Part shown: positions 27,769 through 36,994 of the stretch, piece by piece
How positions within the stretch are numbered: position 1 is the stretch's first letter
How the letters are laid out: each line of letters starts with the position of its first letter
From: an uncultured Chloroflexia bacterium
GTDB taxonomy: Bacteria > Chloroflexota > Limnocylindria > Limnocylindrales > CSP1-4
DNA: 64,000 nt
Assembly (NCBI GenBank): GCA_963749735.1
Contig: CAVVNZ010000009.1
Span: 131,923-195,922, forward strand
Direction of reading: 5' to 3'
Program-made: the position numbers and the translations under genes
The notes under the pieces: model-generated
What the model saw: only the letters and a program-made list of their open reading frames with translations
The model's database searches: none
What the model was told of the DNA's origin: nothing

Positions 27769-30096
27769 GTGGAGATGCCTCCAGTGCGAAGGATCGCGGC
27801 CACGGCCGCCAGCGGCCTGATCGTCATGGCCGTCTTCGCCCTGTCCGCGGCTGGCGCCGTCAGCGCCGCGATCCCGCAGCCCAAGGTCGTGATCATCGTC
27901 GGGCCGGTCGCCGGCTCGACGGCGTACTACAAGTCCGACGGCGATGCGGCCTACGCCGAGGCCCGCAAGTACACCTCGAACGTCGTCAAGGTCTACACCC
28001 CGAACGCGACGTGGGCAGCGGCCAAGAAGGCGCTCCAGGGCGCGTCGGTCGTCATCTACATGGGCCACGGCAACGGCTTCCCGAGCCCGTACCGGACGAG
28101 CCCCTGGCCGTACTCGCAGAACGGCCTCGGTCTGAACCCCAAGGCCGGCGTCAACGACAGCACGACCGAGTACTGGGGCGAGTATTACCTCGCCAGGGAG
28201 GTCAAGCTCGCGCCGAACGCGATCGTCCTGCTCAGCCACCTCTGCTACGCCTCGGGCAACTCGGAATCCGGGAAGCCGAAGCCGACCCTCGCCCAGGCGA
28301 AGCAACGGGTCGACAACATGGCGGCGGGCTGGCTCAAGGCGGGGGCCCGGGCGGTCGTCGCCGAGGGTCACTTCGGGCCGGCCTTCTACGTCCGCCAGCT
28401 GTTCACGACCCACAAGACGGTCGATCGCATCTTCCAGGACTCGCCGACGTTCAACGACAACGCCTTCACCTTCGCCTCGAGCCGGACGAACGGCGCCACC
28501 GCCGCGATGGATCCCGACGGGACGCCCGGCGGCTACTGGCGCGCCGTCACCGGGTGGCTCGGCACCACGACCGATGACATCACCGGTGCCGCGTACGCCG
28601 ACACCGGGACCGACCCGGCCGACTTCCAGGTCCCCGGCGCGGCGTCGGTCGCGGTGGACGCCGCGAACGTCTACCCGGACGACACGCTCACGCCGGCCGG
28701 CGACGGCGGCCCGGCGGCCACCCTCGCCCGTGACACCCGACTGCGCCTGGTTTCCCGGGCGCCCGGGACGACCCCGGCCGGCGACCCGGTCTTCGAGGTC
28801 GCGACGCTCGACGGTGCGACGACCGGCTGGATGTCGAGCGCGGACCTCGTCCCGCGCGACAGTGCCGGCCCAGTGGTCTGGACCACCGACGACGGCGATG
28901 GCGCGTTCTCGCCGAACGGCGACGGCAGCGGAGACACGTATCGGCTGACCGGCCGGATCTCCGAGGTCGCCGACTGGACCGCGACCTTCGAGAACGCCGA
29001 CGGCGATGCCCTCGAGACGAAGACCGGGTCCGGCGACACGTTCAGCGCCAGCTGGTCGGGGCTCGTCGCCGGCGCCGCCGTCCCCGACGGGACCTACCGG
29101 TGGCGGATGTCCGTCCGCGACGGCTGGGGCAATCCGGACGGCGCGAAGACCGGGACGTTCGTCGTCGATACCGTCGCGCCGGTCCTCGACGACCCGGTGG
29201 TCGCGGCCGACGGAGCCGCCGTGCCGACGTTCAGCCCGAACGGCGACGGCGCAGCCGACACGATCGGCTTCGGCTACTCCACCAGCGAACCGGGTTACAT
29301 CGACCTGACCGTCAAGGATGGGACCGGGACCGACATCCGCACGGACTCGACCCGGGTGGCAGCCGGACCGGGGAGGATCGTCTGGGACGGTCTGGACGAT
29401 GCCGGGCACGTCGCCAAGAACGGCATCTACACCGTGACCCTCGCTCCGCGGGACTACGCCGGCAACGTCGGCGCCGGGCGCGACACCGCCGTCGGCGTCT
29501 ACAAGACGCTGAGTCACGTGACCAGCGCGAGCACGGTCTTCTTCCCGCAGGACCTCGACAAGTACGCCAGGACGATGCGCTTCTCGTACGACCTGTCGGT
29601 CTCGGCCGTGGTGACCGGGGTGATCAGGAACGAGACCGGTGACGTGGTCCGGACGTTCCTCGACGGCGTCTCGACCGGAGCGGGGACCCACGTCTTCGAC
29701 TGGGACGGGCGGCTGGACGACGGGACGATGGCGCCGCGCGGGACCTACGTCTCGACGATCGGCGCGACCGACGGCGTGCTGGCGACGACCGGGACCGCGT
29801 CCGTCGTGGCCGACGGCTTCCGCATCACGCTGAACGACTCGACGCCGGCTCGCGGCCAGACGGTCACGCTCTACGTCACGAGTCCGGAGCTGCTCAAAGC
29901 GGCGCCGCGGGTGAAGGTCAGCCAGTCCGGGACGACCGCGTTCAGCCTGACGATGACCAAGATGAGCTCGACGACGTACAAGATCAGGGTCAAGCTCAAG
30001 ACGACGGGGACCGCGGGCACGGTCCGGTTCTCGCTCAGCGGCACCGACGGCGCCGGGAAGATCAATCGCGCCGCGCGGGTGTTCGCGCTCCACTGA
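27769..30096 (+). CDS. secreted multidomain protein: N-terminal clan-CD-peptidase-like domain, SH3b-like domain, FlgD-Ig-like repeats
   Basis: Signal peptide, then VVIYMGHGNG and IVLLSHLCYASGNSE blocks. SH3-like segment RLVSRAPG..FEVATLDGATTGWMSSADLV. Repeated FSPNGDG(S/A)xDT modules. Confidence 0.75.
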   Translation: MEMPPVRRIAATAASGLIVMAVFALSAAGAVSAAIPQPKVVIIVGPVAGSTAYYKSDGDAAYAEARKYTSNVVKVYTPNATWAAAKKALQGASVVIYMGHGNGFPSPYRTSPWPYSQNGLGLNPKAGVNDSTTEYWGEYYLAREVKLAPNAIVLLSHLCYASGNSESGKPKPTLAQAKQRVDNMAAGWLKAGARAVVAEGHFGPAFYVRQLFTTHKTVDRIFQDSPTFNDNAFTFASSRTNGATAAMDPDGTPGGYWRAVTGWLGTTTDDITGAAYADTGTDPADFQVPGAASVAVDAANVYPDDTLTPAGDGGPAATLARDTRLRLVSRAPGTTPAGDPVFEVATLDGATTGWMSSADLVPRDSAGPVVWTTDDGDGAFSPNGDGSGDTYRLTGRISEVADWTATFENADGDALETKTGSGDTFSASWSGLVAGAAVPDGTYRWRMSVRDGWGNPDGAKTGTFVVDTVAPVLDDPVVAADGAAVPTFSPNGDGAADTIGFGYSTSEPGYIDLTVKDGTGTDIRTDSTRVAAGPGRIVWDGLDDAGHVAKNGIYTVTLAPRDYAGNVGAGRDTAVGVYKTLSHVTSASTVFFPQDLDKYARTMRFSYDLSVSAVVTGVIRNETGDVVRTFLDGVSTGAGTHVFDWDGRLDDGTMAPRGTYVSTIGATDGVLATTGTASVVADGFRITLNDSTPARGQTVTLYVTSPELLKAAPRVKVSQSGTTAFSLTMTKMSSTTYKIRVKLKTTGTAGTVRFSLSGTDGAGKINRAARVFALH

Positions 30097-30234
30097 TCCC
30101 GGGCGCGATCGCGCCGACCGCACACGACCGCACCGGATCCCACCGTACGGCCCCGGACCGGGACCATCGGGCGATACCCCGCGGCCGACCCTCGAGCGTA
30201 CGGTCGTCCTCCGACTGCAAGCCGTGAGGATCTC

Positions 30235-33200
30235 GTGACCGACGACCGCCCCCGGCCGCCCTCCCATCGACGCGCCCGCCGCGACCATCTCCGCGCGCTC
30301 GCGGTCGTCGTCTTCGCGGTCGTCCTCGTGGCTGAGACGGGGACCTCGGCCGTCCTGGCGGTCCGGGCCGATCGCGATCCCGGCCGAGGCGGCACGAACC
30401 GGCCCGGGACACCGAACGCCGCGGTCCTCGCCGCGCCCGACGGTGGGTTCCCCTCGGGTGACCTCTCCGTGCCCGCCCCGGTCGACGCGACCGACGCCGG
30501 CGACCCGGCGGACGCTCCGCCCGACGGCTTCCAGGAGCCGTCGATCATCGCGATCGATGCCGCGGCTCACGAGAACGACCGGATCGAGTTCGCCCCGGGC
30601 GGCGTCGTCGACGTCCCGTTCACCCCCCGTGCCGACGACGGCTGGTCGGTCGGCGGTGTCGCTCCGCGCCGGCTGCCGGCCGGCGCGGCCTCCGGACGGG
30701 CGATGGCGGCCAGCCGCGAGGGGACCGTCTGGTCGCCCGCGTCGATGGCCCCGGAAGCCACCGCCCCGGGGGCCACAGCCGGCGGATCCGCCGCCGGCCC
30801 CGGCCCGATCGACATTCCGTCGCCGGCACCGGCGATCGCCGCCGTGCCCGCGTCCTTCGAGGTCACCACGCAGCGACCGCCCGACCCGCCGGCCGCGACC
30901 GACCTGCGGCGCCAGGTCTTCGGGTTCCTGCCGTACTGGGAGCTCAGTGATGGTTCGACGCGACTCGACTACCAGCTCCTCTCGACGATCGCCTATTTCG
31001 GGGTCGGCGCCGACGCGGACGGCGACCTGATCAAACGGAACGGCAACGGATCGATCTCGACCGGCTGGTCGGGCTGGACCAGTGCCCGCCTGACCTCGAT
31101 CATCCGGGCGGCCCATCAGCGTCATACCCGCGTCGTCCTGACGGTCCAGTCGTTCGCCTGGACGACCAACCAGGCCGCCAACCAGTCCGCCCTGCTGGGT
31201 AGTGCCGCGGCGCGCCTCCGGCTCGCCCGGCAGATCGCGGCGGCCGTCCGCGATCGGGGCGCCGACGGGGTCAACCTCGACTTCGAGCCGCTCGTCTCGG
31301 GCCGCTCCGACGAGTTCACCGCGCTCGTCCGGACCATCCGGGCCGAGCTGAACAAAGTGGCTCGGGGCTACCAGCTGACCTTCGACACCACCGGCTGGAT
31401 CGGCAACTACCCGATCGAGGACGCGACCGCTCCGGGTGGCGCCGATGCGATCTTCATCATGGGCTACGACTACCGCAACGCCGGGTCGGCATCGGCGGGT
31501 TCGATCGCTCCGCTCGCCGGTCCGAGCTACGACCTGCTCGACACCGTCCAGGCGTTCACCGACCGCGTCCCCGCGAGCCGGCTCATCCTGGGCATCCCGT
31601 ACTACGGCCGGGCCTGGTCGACGACCACCGGCCAGCCTCGGGCGACGACCCGGACCGGTGCCAAGTACGGCTGGTCGACGTCGGTCACCTACGACAACGC
31701 CGTGGCCCTGGCCAAGGCTCACGGCCGACGCTACGACACCCGGGAATCGTCGGCCTGGTTCGCCTATAAGCGACGGAACTGCACCGCGGCGTACGGCTGC
31801 GTCGCGACCTGGCGGGAGGTCTACTACGACGACGCCCGGAGCCTCCGGGCCAAGTACGACCTGATCAACCGGTACGGGCTCCGCGGGGCCGGGATCTGGG
31901 CCCTGGGCTACGACGGGACGCGGCCCGAGCTGTACAGCGTGATCGTGGCCAAGTTCCTCCACGACACGACCCCGCCCGAGACCGGGATCGACGTCCTCGC
32001 GGCCCGTCAGGGGGATGAAGGCTTCCTCGTCACGTGGACCGCGCTCGACATGAACCCCATCCGGAACTACGACGTCCAGGTCTCGGTCGACGGCGGGCCG
32101 TGGAAGGCTTGGCTCGGCCGGACCCACGCCACCGGGGCGATCTGGTCGGGTCGCGACGGTCACGCCTACGCCTTCCGAGCGCGGGCCACCGACGCCAAGG
32201 GGAACCGCGGGCGCTGGAACGTCGCCAACCTGCCGATCCCGCGTCCGACCCTGCGCGCCGGCGGGTTCGCCGTGGTCAAGGCGGCCAGCCTGACGACCCG
32301 CACGCGCCCGGACACCGCGGCGCCGCCCGTCTCCACGCTGAGCGCAGGCGCGGTCGTGGCCCTGACCCGCGGGCCGGTCCAGGCCGACGGCTACAGCTGG
32401 TACCAGGTCGCCGGTCCGCTCAGCACGTGGGCGGCGACCGAGCCGGTCCGGAGCGGCAACTGGGTGGCCGCAGCGAGCGGCTCGACCAAATTCCTGGCCC
32501 CGAGGACACCCCCGAACACGACGATCGTCGACGCGGGGCTCAGCCGCCTGGGCTTCGGCGCGATCGGCGCGACGTCGGTCGGCTCGTCGGCCGCGGCCCT
32601 GGCGGTCAGGGCGTTCTCGCCGAACGGCGACCGGTCGGAAGACGGCCTGATCCTGCGCTGGACGAACGGCGTCGCGCTCGACTCGCTGACGCTCAAGGTC
32701 CTCCGTGCCAACGGGACGACCGTCGGCACACGAGCCGTGCCCGACGTCGGAGCCGGGAGCCAGGCATGGGCGTGGGATGGGACCGTCGGCGGACGGACTC
32801 TTGCCGACGGTCGCTATGTCCTGCAACTCATCGGCCGGGCCGGCGCCCGGACGTTCACGGCACCCTCGGTCCGACCGATGACCCCGGCCGAGGTGACCGC
32901 CTACGCCGTCACGATCGACACGGTCGGTCCGCGGTTGACGGCCGCCTCCATCGCCGGGCGCCTGATCTCGCCGCCGCGGGACGGCCGGCATGACGCCGTG
33001 GGTCTCACCGCGAGCTCGACCGGTGCCAGTCGCTGGCGCCTGACGGCGGTGCGCCTGACCGGCGCGTCTGCCGGCTCCGTCGTCCGGACGATCGGCGGTC
33101 CCGGCGGAGCGCCCCACACCGCATGGGACGGTCGGACCGACGGAGGGACGCCGGCTGCCGACGGGCGCTATCGGCTGACCCTCGCGGTCCTCGACCCGGC

Positions 33201-34140
33201 CGGGAACGGTGCCGCCCGGTCCTGGGATGTCATCGTCGACGGGACCGCACCGGCGATCGCCCTGAGCGCGGGCCCGCCGGCGTTCTCGCCCGACGGCGAC
33301 GGCGTCGCCGACGCGAGCATCGTCCACTGGACGAACGCCGAACCGGGCCTGACGACGGTCCGCATCACCCACGGCACGAAGGTCGTCCGGGTCGACGCCC
33401 TGCGCGGCGCACGCGCCGGTGGATCGTTCCGCTGGACCGGCCGCTCGACGACCGGGGCGAGACTGGCGGATGGCACCTACGTCGCCAGGATCACCGTCCA
33501 GGACGCGGCGGGCAACCGTCGGACGACGGCGACCGTCGTCCGGATCGACCGGACCGCCGGGTGGCTCCGCTGGGCGCCGGCCGCGTTCTACCCACAGGAC
33601 CTCGACGCGCTGGCGCGGACGGCGCGGGCCACATATCGACTCGGTCGAGCCGCCACGACCAGCCTCCAGGTCGTGGCCGGTGACGGGACCGTCGTCCGGA
33701 CCGTCTGGAGCCGGCGCAAGCAGGGGGCGGGTCCGGTCGCCTGGGCATGGGACGGACGTGGCGGGGGCGGGGCGATGGTCGCACCCGGGACCTACACCCT
33801 GGTCCTTGGCGCGACGAGCGCCGCGGGGACCTCGGTCCTTCGCCGCCAGATCGTCGTCGACGCGTTCGCGGTCGCACTGTCGTCGACCCGGCCCAAGGCC
33901 GGCCGGACCCTGACCGTCACGTTCGGCTCCGTCGAGGCGCTGACGTCCCGGCCGGTGGTCACCTTCGACCAGGCGGGTCGCCCGCCGGTCCGGCGGTTCG
34001 CTCGACTCGTGGCACCCGGGAGGTATGTCGCGACCTTCCGCGTGGCGTCGGGCGGGAGCGGTCCGGCGACGGTCCGGGTCAGCGCGACCGACCGCGGCGG
34101 ACACCCAAACGCGACCGTGCGGAGGGTCTCGGTCGTCTAG
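30235..34140 (+). CDS. 1301-aa secreted GH18-family hydrolase (SleL/YaaH-like) with FN3-like, SH3b-like and FlgD-Ig-like repeats
   Basis: TM/signal, then FGFLPYWE, GADGVNLDFEP, IMGYDY, GIPYYGRAW and GAGIWALGYDG. FN3-like YDVQVSVDGGPWKAW. FSPNGD/FSPDGDG repeats. GAGGA SD before the GTG. Confidence 0.8.
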   Translation: MTDDRPRPPSHRRARRDHLRALAVVVFAVVLVAETGTSAVLAVRADRDPGRGGTNRPGTPNAAVLAAPDGGFPSGDLSVPAPVDATDAGDPADAPPDGFQEPSIIAIDAAAHENDRIEFAPGGVVDVPFTPRADDGWSVGGVAPRRLPAGAASGRAMAASREGTVWSPASMAPEATAPGATAGGSAAGPGPIDIPSPAPAIAAVPASFEVTTQRPPDPPAATDLRRQVFGFLPYWELSDGSTRLDYQLLSTIAYFGVGADADGDLIKRNGNGSISTGWSGWTSARLTSIIRAAHQRHTRVVLTVQSFAWTTNQAANQSALLGSAAARLRLARQIAAAVRDRGADGVNLDFEPLVSGRSDEFTALVRTIRAELNKVARGYQLTFDTTGWIGNYPIEDATAPGGADAIFIMGYDYRNAGSASAGSIAPLAGPSYDLLDTVQAFTDRVPASRLILGIPYYGRAWSTTTGQPRATTRTGAKYGWSTSVTYDNAVALAKAHGRRYDTRESSAWFAYKRRNCTAAYGCVATWREVYYDDARSLRAKYDLINRYGLRGAGIWALGYDGTRPELYSVIVAKFLHDTTPPETGIDVLAARQGDEGFLVTWTALDMNPIRNYDVQVSVDGGPWKAWLGRTHATGAIWSGRDGHAYAFRARATDAKGNRGRWNVANLPIPRPTLRAGGFAVVKAASLTTRTRPDTAAPPVSTLSAGAVVALTRGPVQADGYSWYQVAGPLSTWAATEPVRSGNWVAAASGSTKFLAPRTPPNTTIVDAGLSRLGFGAIGATSVGSSAAALAVRAFSPNGDRSEDGLILRWTNGVALDSLTLKVLRANGTTVGTRAVPDVGAGSQAWAWDGTVGGRTLADGRYVLQLIGRAGARTFTAPSVRPMTPAEVTAYAVTIDTVGPRLTAASIAGRLISPPRDGRHDAVGLTASSTGASRWRLTAVRLTGASAGSVVRTIGGPGGAPHTAWDGRTDGGTPAADGRYRLTLAVLDPAGNGAARSWDVIVDGTAPAIALSAGPPAFSPDGDGVADASIVHWTNAEPGLTTVRITHGTKVVRVDALRGARAGGSFRWTGRSTTGARLADGTYVARITVQDAAGNRRTTATVVRIDRTAGWLRWAPAAFYPQDLDALARTARATYRLGRAATTSLQVVAGDGTVVRTVWSRRKQGAGPVAWAWDGRGGGGAMVAPGTYTLVLGATSAAGTSVLRRQIVVDAFAVALSSTRPKAGRTLTVTFGSVEALTSRPVVTFDQAGRPPVRRFARLVAPGRYVATFRVASGGSGPATVRVSATDRGGHPNATVRRVSVV

Positions 34141-34194
34141 CCTGGGATCGCCGGATCGAGGTCGGACCGCGGCCCGGGTCCGCTTCTCGTCCCG

Positions 34195-34200
34195 TACACT
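34195..34200 (+). promoter_or_regulatory. putative -10 box TACACT, 7 nt before ATG 34208 (leaderless-type)
   Basis: The sequence cccgTACACTgggcgcgATG is read directly. Confidence 0.35.
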
Positions 34201-34207
34201 GGGCGCG

Positions 34208-35035
34208 ATGACCGTCGAGTCGAACGACCCAGTCACGCCCGAGGTGATCGTGACGATCTCCCCCATGCCCGGCCTCGATGCGGGCCAGCCGGTCGGAACG
34301 GGGGCGTGGGTGGTCCTACCGACGTACAACGAGGCCGAGAACCTGCGGCCGATCTCGGCGGCGATCCTCGAACGTCTTCCCGGGGCGACCCTGCTGGTGG
34401 TCGACGACGGGTCTCCCGACGGGACCGGGACGATGGCCGACGACCTCGCCGCGACGGATCCGCGGGTCCGCGTCCGCCACCGGACCTCCAAGCAGGGTCT
34501 CGGCCGGGCGTATCTCGACGGGTTCGGCGTCGCGATCGCCGGCGGCGCCTCGATCGTCATCCAGATGGACGCCGACTTCAGCCACGACCCGGAAGTCCTT
34601 CCGGGGCTCATCGCGCCGGTCGTCGATGACCGGGCGGACCTGGTCATCGGCTCGCGCTACGTCAGCGGTGGTGGCGTCCGCGACTGGGGCATCGTCCGGC
34701 GGGTCATCTCGCGCGGCGGCAGCCTGTTCGCCAAGGTCGTCCTGGGGCTGAAGCCGCACGACCTGACCGGAGGGTTCAAGGCGTGGCGGGCGACGACCCT
34801 CGGGTCCATCCCGTTCGACGGCGTCCACGCCGGCGGATACGTGTTCCAGATCGAGATGACCTATCGGGCGAGCCGCCTCGGCGCACGGGTGGCCGAGGTC
34901 CCGATCGTCTTCCAGGATCGACGAGCCGGCCAGTCGAAGATGTCGCGGCGGATCATCGTCGAGGCGCTGATCGTCGTCCTGACGCTGCGCTGGGACGAGC
35001 TCCGCGGCCGCGGCCCGGCCAAGCCTCGCGGCTGA
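34208..35035 (+). CDS. polyprenol/dolichol-phosphate mannosyltransferase (GT2, Ppm1/DPM1-like)
   Basis: WVVLPTYNEAENL..LLVVDDGSPDGTG..KQGLGRAYLDGF..IQMDADFSHDP. Confidence 0.85.
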   Translation: MTVESNDPVTPEVIVTISPMPGLDAGQPVGTGAWVVLPTYNEAENLRPISAAILERLPGATLLVVDDGSPDGTGTMADDLAATDPRVRVRHRTSKQGLGRAYLDGFGVAIAGGASIVIQMDADFSHDPEVLPGLIAPVVDDRADLVIGSRYVSGGGVRDWGIVRRVISRGGSLFAKVVLGLKPHDLTGGFKAWRATTLGSIPFDGVHAGGYVFQIEMTYRASRLGARVAEVPIVFQDRRAGQSKMSRRIIVEALIVVLTLRWDELRGRGPAKPRG

Positions 35036-35079
35036 CCGCCGAGCTCGGAACGGCGACCAGAGCTCACGACCGGGTCCGT

Positions 35080-36306
35080 TCAGACCGCGGCCAGGTGACC
35101 CTCGACGAACCCGGACGGTGACGGCGACGCGCCGGGCGACGGGGACGCCGTCGGCGCCGGAGGCGGTCCGCCCGGGGTGATCTTGATCTTCGTGCCGGTG
35201 GGCATGACGTTGATGAACGTCTGGCCTGCGGTGAGCGTCACCTCGGCGCCGGCCGCGTTGTAGAACTTGGTCGGGGCGGTCAGCGACTTCTTGCGCCAGG
35301 TTCCCTTGATCGTCCGGCCGTTGGTCGAGATCCAGGCCGGCCCGCTGCCGACGACCTTGGCCTCGAGGCGATGCTTCTTCGGATGGCCGTCGTTGAGCGG
35401 CCCGAAGCTCATCAGCATGATGATCACGTTCTTCGGTGCCACCCGCTTCTTGGTCGACGCGTCCTTCTGCTTGCCTTCGACGCTGACCGTCCGCGGGTAG
35501 GTATTGGTCGCCCGGTCGTAGTCGTAGCGGATGATGCTCGTCGGATAGGCGAACGTGATCTTGCCGCCGACGGGACGCTGCTCGAGCGGGGCGTCCGGGG
35601 CGAACTGCCAGACGGGCCCGCTGGTGATCGGCTTCGCCCCCAGCCGCTTGGCCAGCGACACGAGCTGCCCACCGGTCGTGTACAGGTTGTGCGGCGCGAA
35701 GCGGCTGGAGATCCGGCGGAACGCCCCGGCCCAGCGGAACTCGTCGGCGTTGTAGACGAGCTTGCCGTTGCCGTTCGCGGCCAGGGTCTGGAGGGCCTGC
35801 GGCGATCCACCGGCATGGGCGTAGACCGCCTTCCACTCGGCCGCCCAGGCGATGTAGTAGTAGCGCGAGCTGCGGACCGGACCGACGTCGCCCGGCTGGT
35901 TCTCGCCGAAGACCATCATGTAGCGCGGGATCCCTCCCTCAGCGGGCGCCTGCCAGACCACCGACGCGGCGCTGAACCCGGACTGGGGTCGAGCCGCCCC
36001 GAGGTCGTCGATCATCACCGCGATGGGGTGCCGTCGGGCCTGGGCCGGCGTGACCGGCAGGCCGGTCAGGGGAGCCGGCACGGTGACCGGTGTCGGTTCA
36101 GGGGTCGGCGTCGGTTCCAGTGTCGGGCTGGCCTCGGGGCTGGCGCTCGGGATCTCGCTCGGGAGCGACGGAGCCGGGCTCGGGCCGGTCGAGACCTGGG
36201 CGATCGGCGTGACGCTCGGGTTCGTGCTGCCGCACGCACCGACGAGCAGGACGACGGCCAGCGCGAGCCCGATCGCGCGATGAGGACGGGGAAAGCGGAC
36301 GGACAT
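35080..36306 (-). CDS. DUF3048 (YerB-like) lipoprotein
   Basis: Start chosen at ATG 36306 (MSVRFPRPHRAIGLALAVVLLVGACGS lipobox). Conserved run PIAVMIDDLGAARPQSGFSAASVVWQAPAEGGIPRYMMVF..RSSRYYY. Confidence 0.8.
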   Translation of the reverse strand: MSVRFPRPHRAIGLALAVVLLVGACGSTNPSVTPIAQVSTGPSPAPSLPSEIPSASPEASPTLEPTPTPEPTPVTVPAPLTGLPVTPAQARRHPIAVMIDDLGAARPQSGFSAASVVWQAPAEGGIPRYMMVFGENQPGDVGPVRSSRYYYIAWAAEWKAVYAHAGGSPQALQTLAANGNGKLVYNADEFRWAGAFRRISSRFAPHNLYTTGGQLVSLAKRLGAKPITSGPVWQFAPDAPLEQRPVGGKITFAYPTSIIRYDYDRATNTYPRTVSVEGKQKDASTKKRVAPKNVIIMLMSFGPLNDGHPKKHRLEAKVVGSGPAWISTNGRTIKGTWRKKSLTAPTKFYNAAGAEVTLTAGQTFINVMPTGTKIKITPGGPPPAPTASPSPGASPSPSGFVEGHLAAV

Positions 36307-36432
36307 CGGGACCCTCTCGGCGGACGGCGCGGAGCGTCCGTCGCGGGGCAGGATATACCGAGTCCGCCGAAGACCCATCGGACGGCCCGCGGAGCCGACG
36401 GTCGAGCGCGGGCGAAGGTGTTCTCCACGCGC

Positions 36433-36438
36433 TAGTCT
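36433..36438 (+). promoter_or_regulatory. putative -10 box TAGTCT upstream of the repeat-protein gene
   Basis: The sequence cgcTAGTCTgacc lies 30 nt before ATG 36469. GGAG occurs 6 nt before the ATG. Confidence 0.3.
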
Positions 36439-36468
36439 GACCTCGAGAAGTCCCATCCGGAGCCGACC

Positions 36469-36909
36469 ATGAACAACCTTCCCGACCCGACGTCCGAGCC
36501 GACCCCCGACGACGCGGAGCCCTCGCGCCCGACCCGGGTCGACGTCCAGCGCGGAGCGCTCGGCGCCGTCCAGACCGATGACCTGTCGGTGTCCTTCGGC
36601 GCGATCGGCGCGGCCCAGGCGCAGCGGGTCTCGGTCGAGCTCGGCGCCGTGGGTGCGCTCGCCGCCAACGAGGCGACGCTGACCATGGCCTCGGCCGGTC
36701 TGGTCGCGGCCCAGCAGGCGCGGATCTCGCAGGCGCTGATCCGCTCGGTCGTCGCCCAGGAGGTCCATTTCGAACGCGGTTCCGGCGCCGCCGTGGTCAT
36801 CGCCGGGCGGACCGACGGCGAGGCGACCGTCCTGCTCGACTGGCGCGGTGGGCTCGCCGCGGGGACGATCCTCGCCCTCGTCTGGCTCGTGGTTCGGCGG
36901 CTCCGCTGA
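36469..36909 (+). CDS. small C-terminally TM-anchored protein built from ~15-aa Gly/Ala-rich tandem repeats
   Basis: Strong GC3. Units: VSFGAIGAAQAQRVS / VELGAVGALAANEAT / LTMASAGLVAAQQAR / ISQALIRSVVAQEVH. C-terminal TM GLAAGTILALVWLVV. Confidence 0.55.
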   Translation: MNNLPDPTSEPTPDDAEPSRPTRVDVQRGALGAVQTDDLSVSFGAIGAAQAQRVSVELGAVGALAANEATLTMASAGLVAAQQARISQALIRSVVAQEVHFERGSGAAVVIAGRTDGEATVLLDWRGGLAAGTILALVWLVVRRLR

Positions 36910-36994
36910 CCTGTCCGAGGCTATACTCGAGGTTCGGTCGGCGGTGACCTCGAGGCGGGTCCCCGCAGCCGACCCAGGCATCACCGGAGGCTCC

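Noticed and set aside
30102-30115. Perfect 14-bp palindrome GGCGCGATCGCGCC a few nt after the stop of the 775-aa gene
   Set aside because: As a hairpin it would give only a 5-bp stem with a GATC loop and no U-tract. CGATCG-centred palindromes are very common throughout this sequence. That is not enough to call a terminator or an operator.
27319-34647. 2442-aa ORF on the reverse strand spanning both giant surface-protein genes
   Set aside because: The translation is Arg/Gly/Pro/Asp-rich low complexity with no recognisable motif. The opposite strand carries ORFs with clear signal peptides and GH18, SH3 and FlgD-Ig motifs and the expected GC3 bias. Long antisense ORFs are expected in GC-rich DNA that is poor in stop codons.
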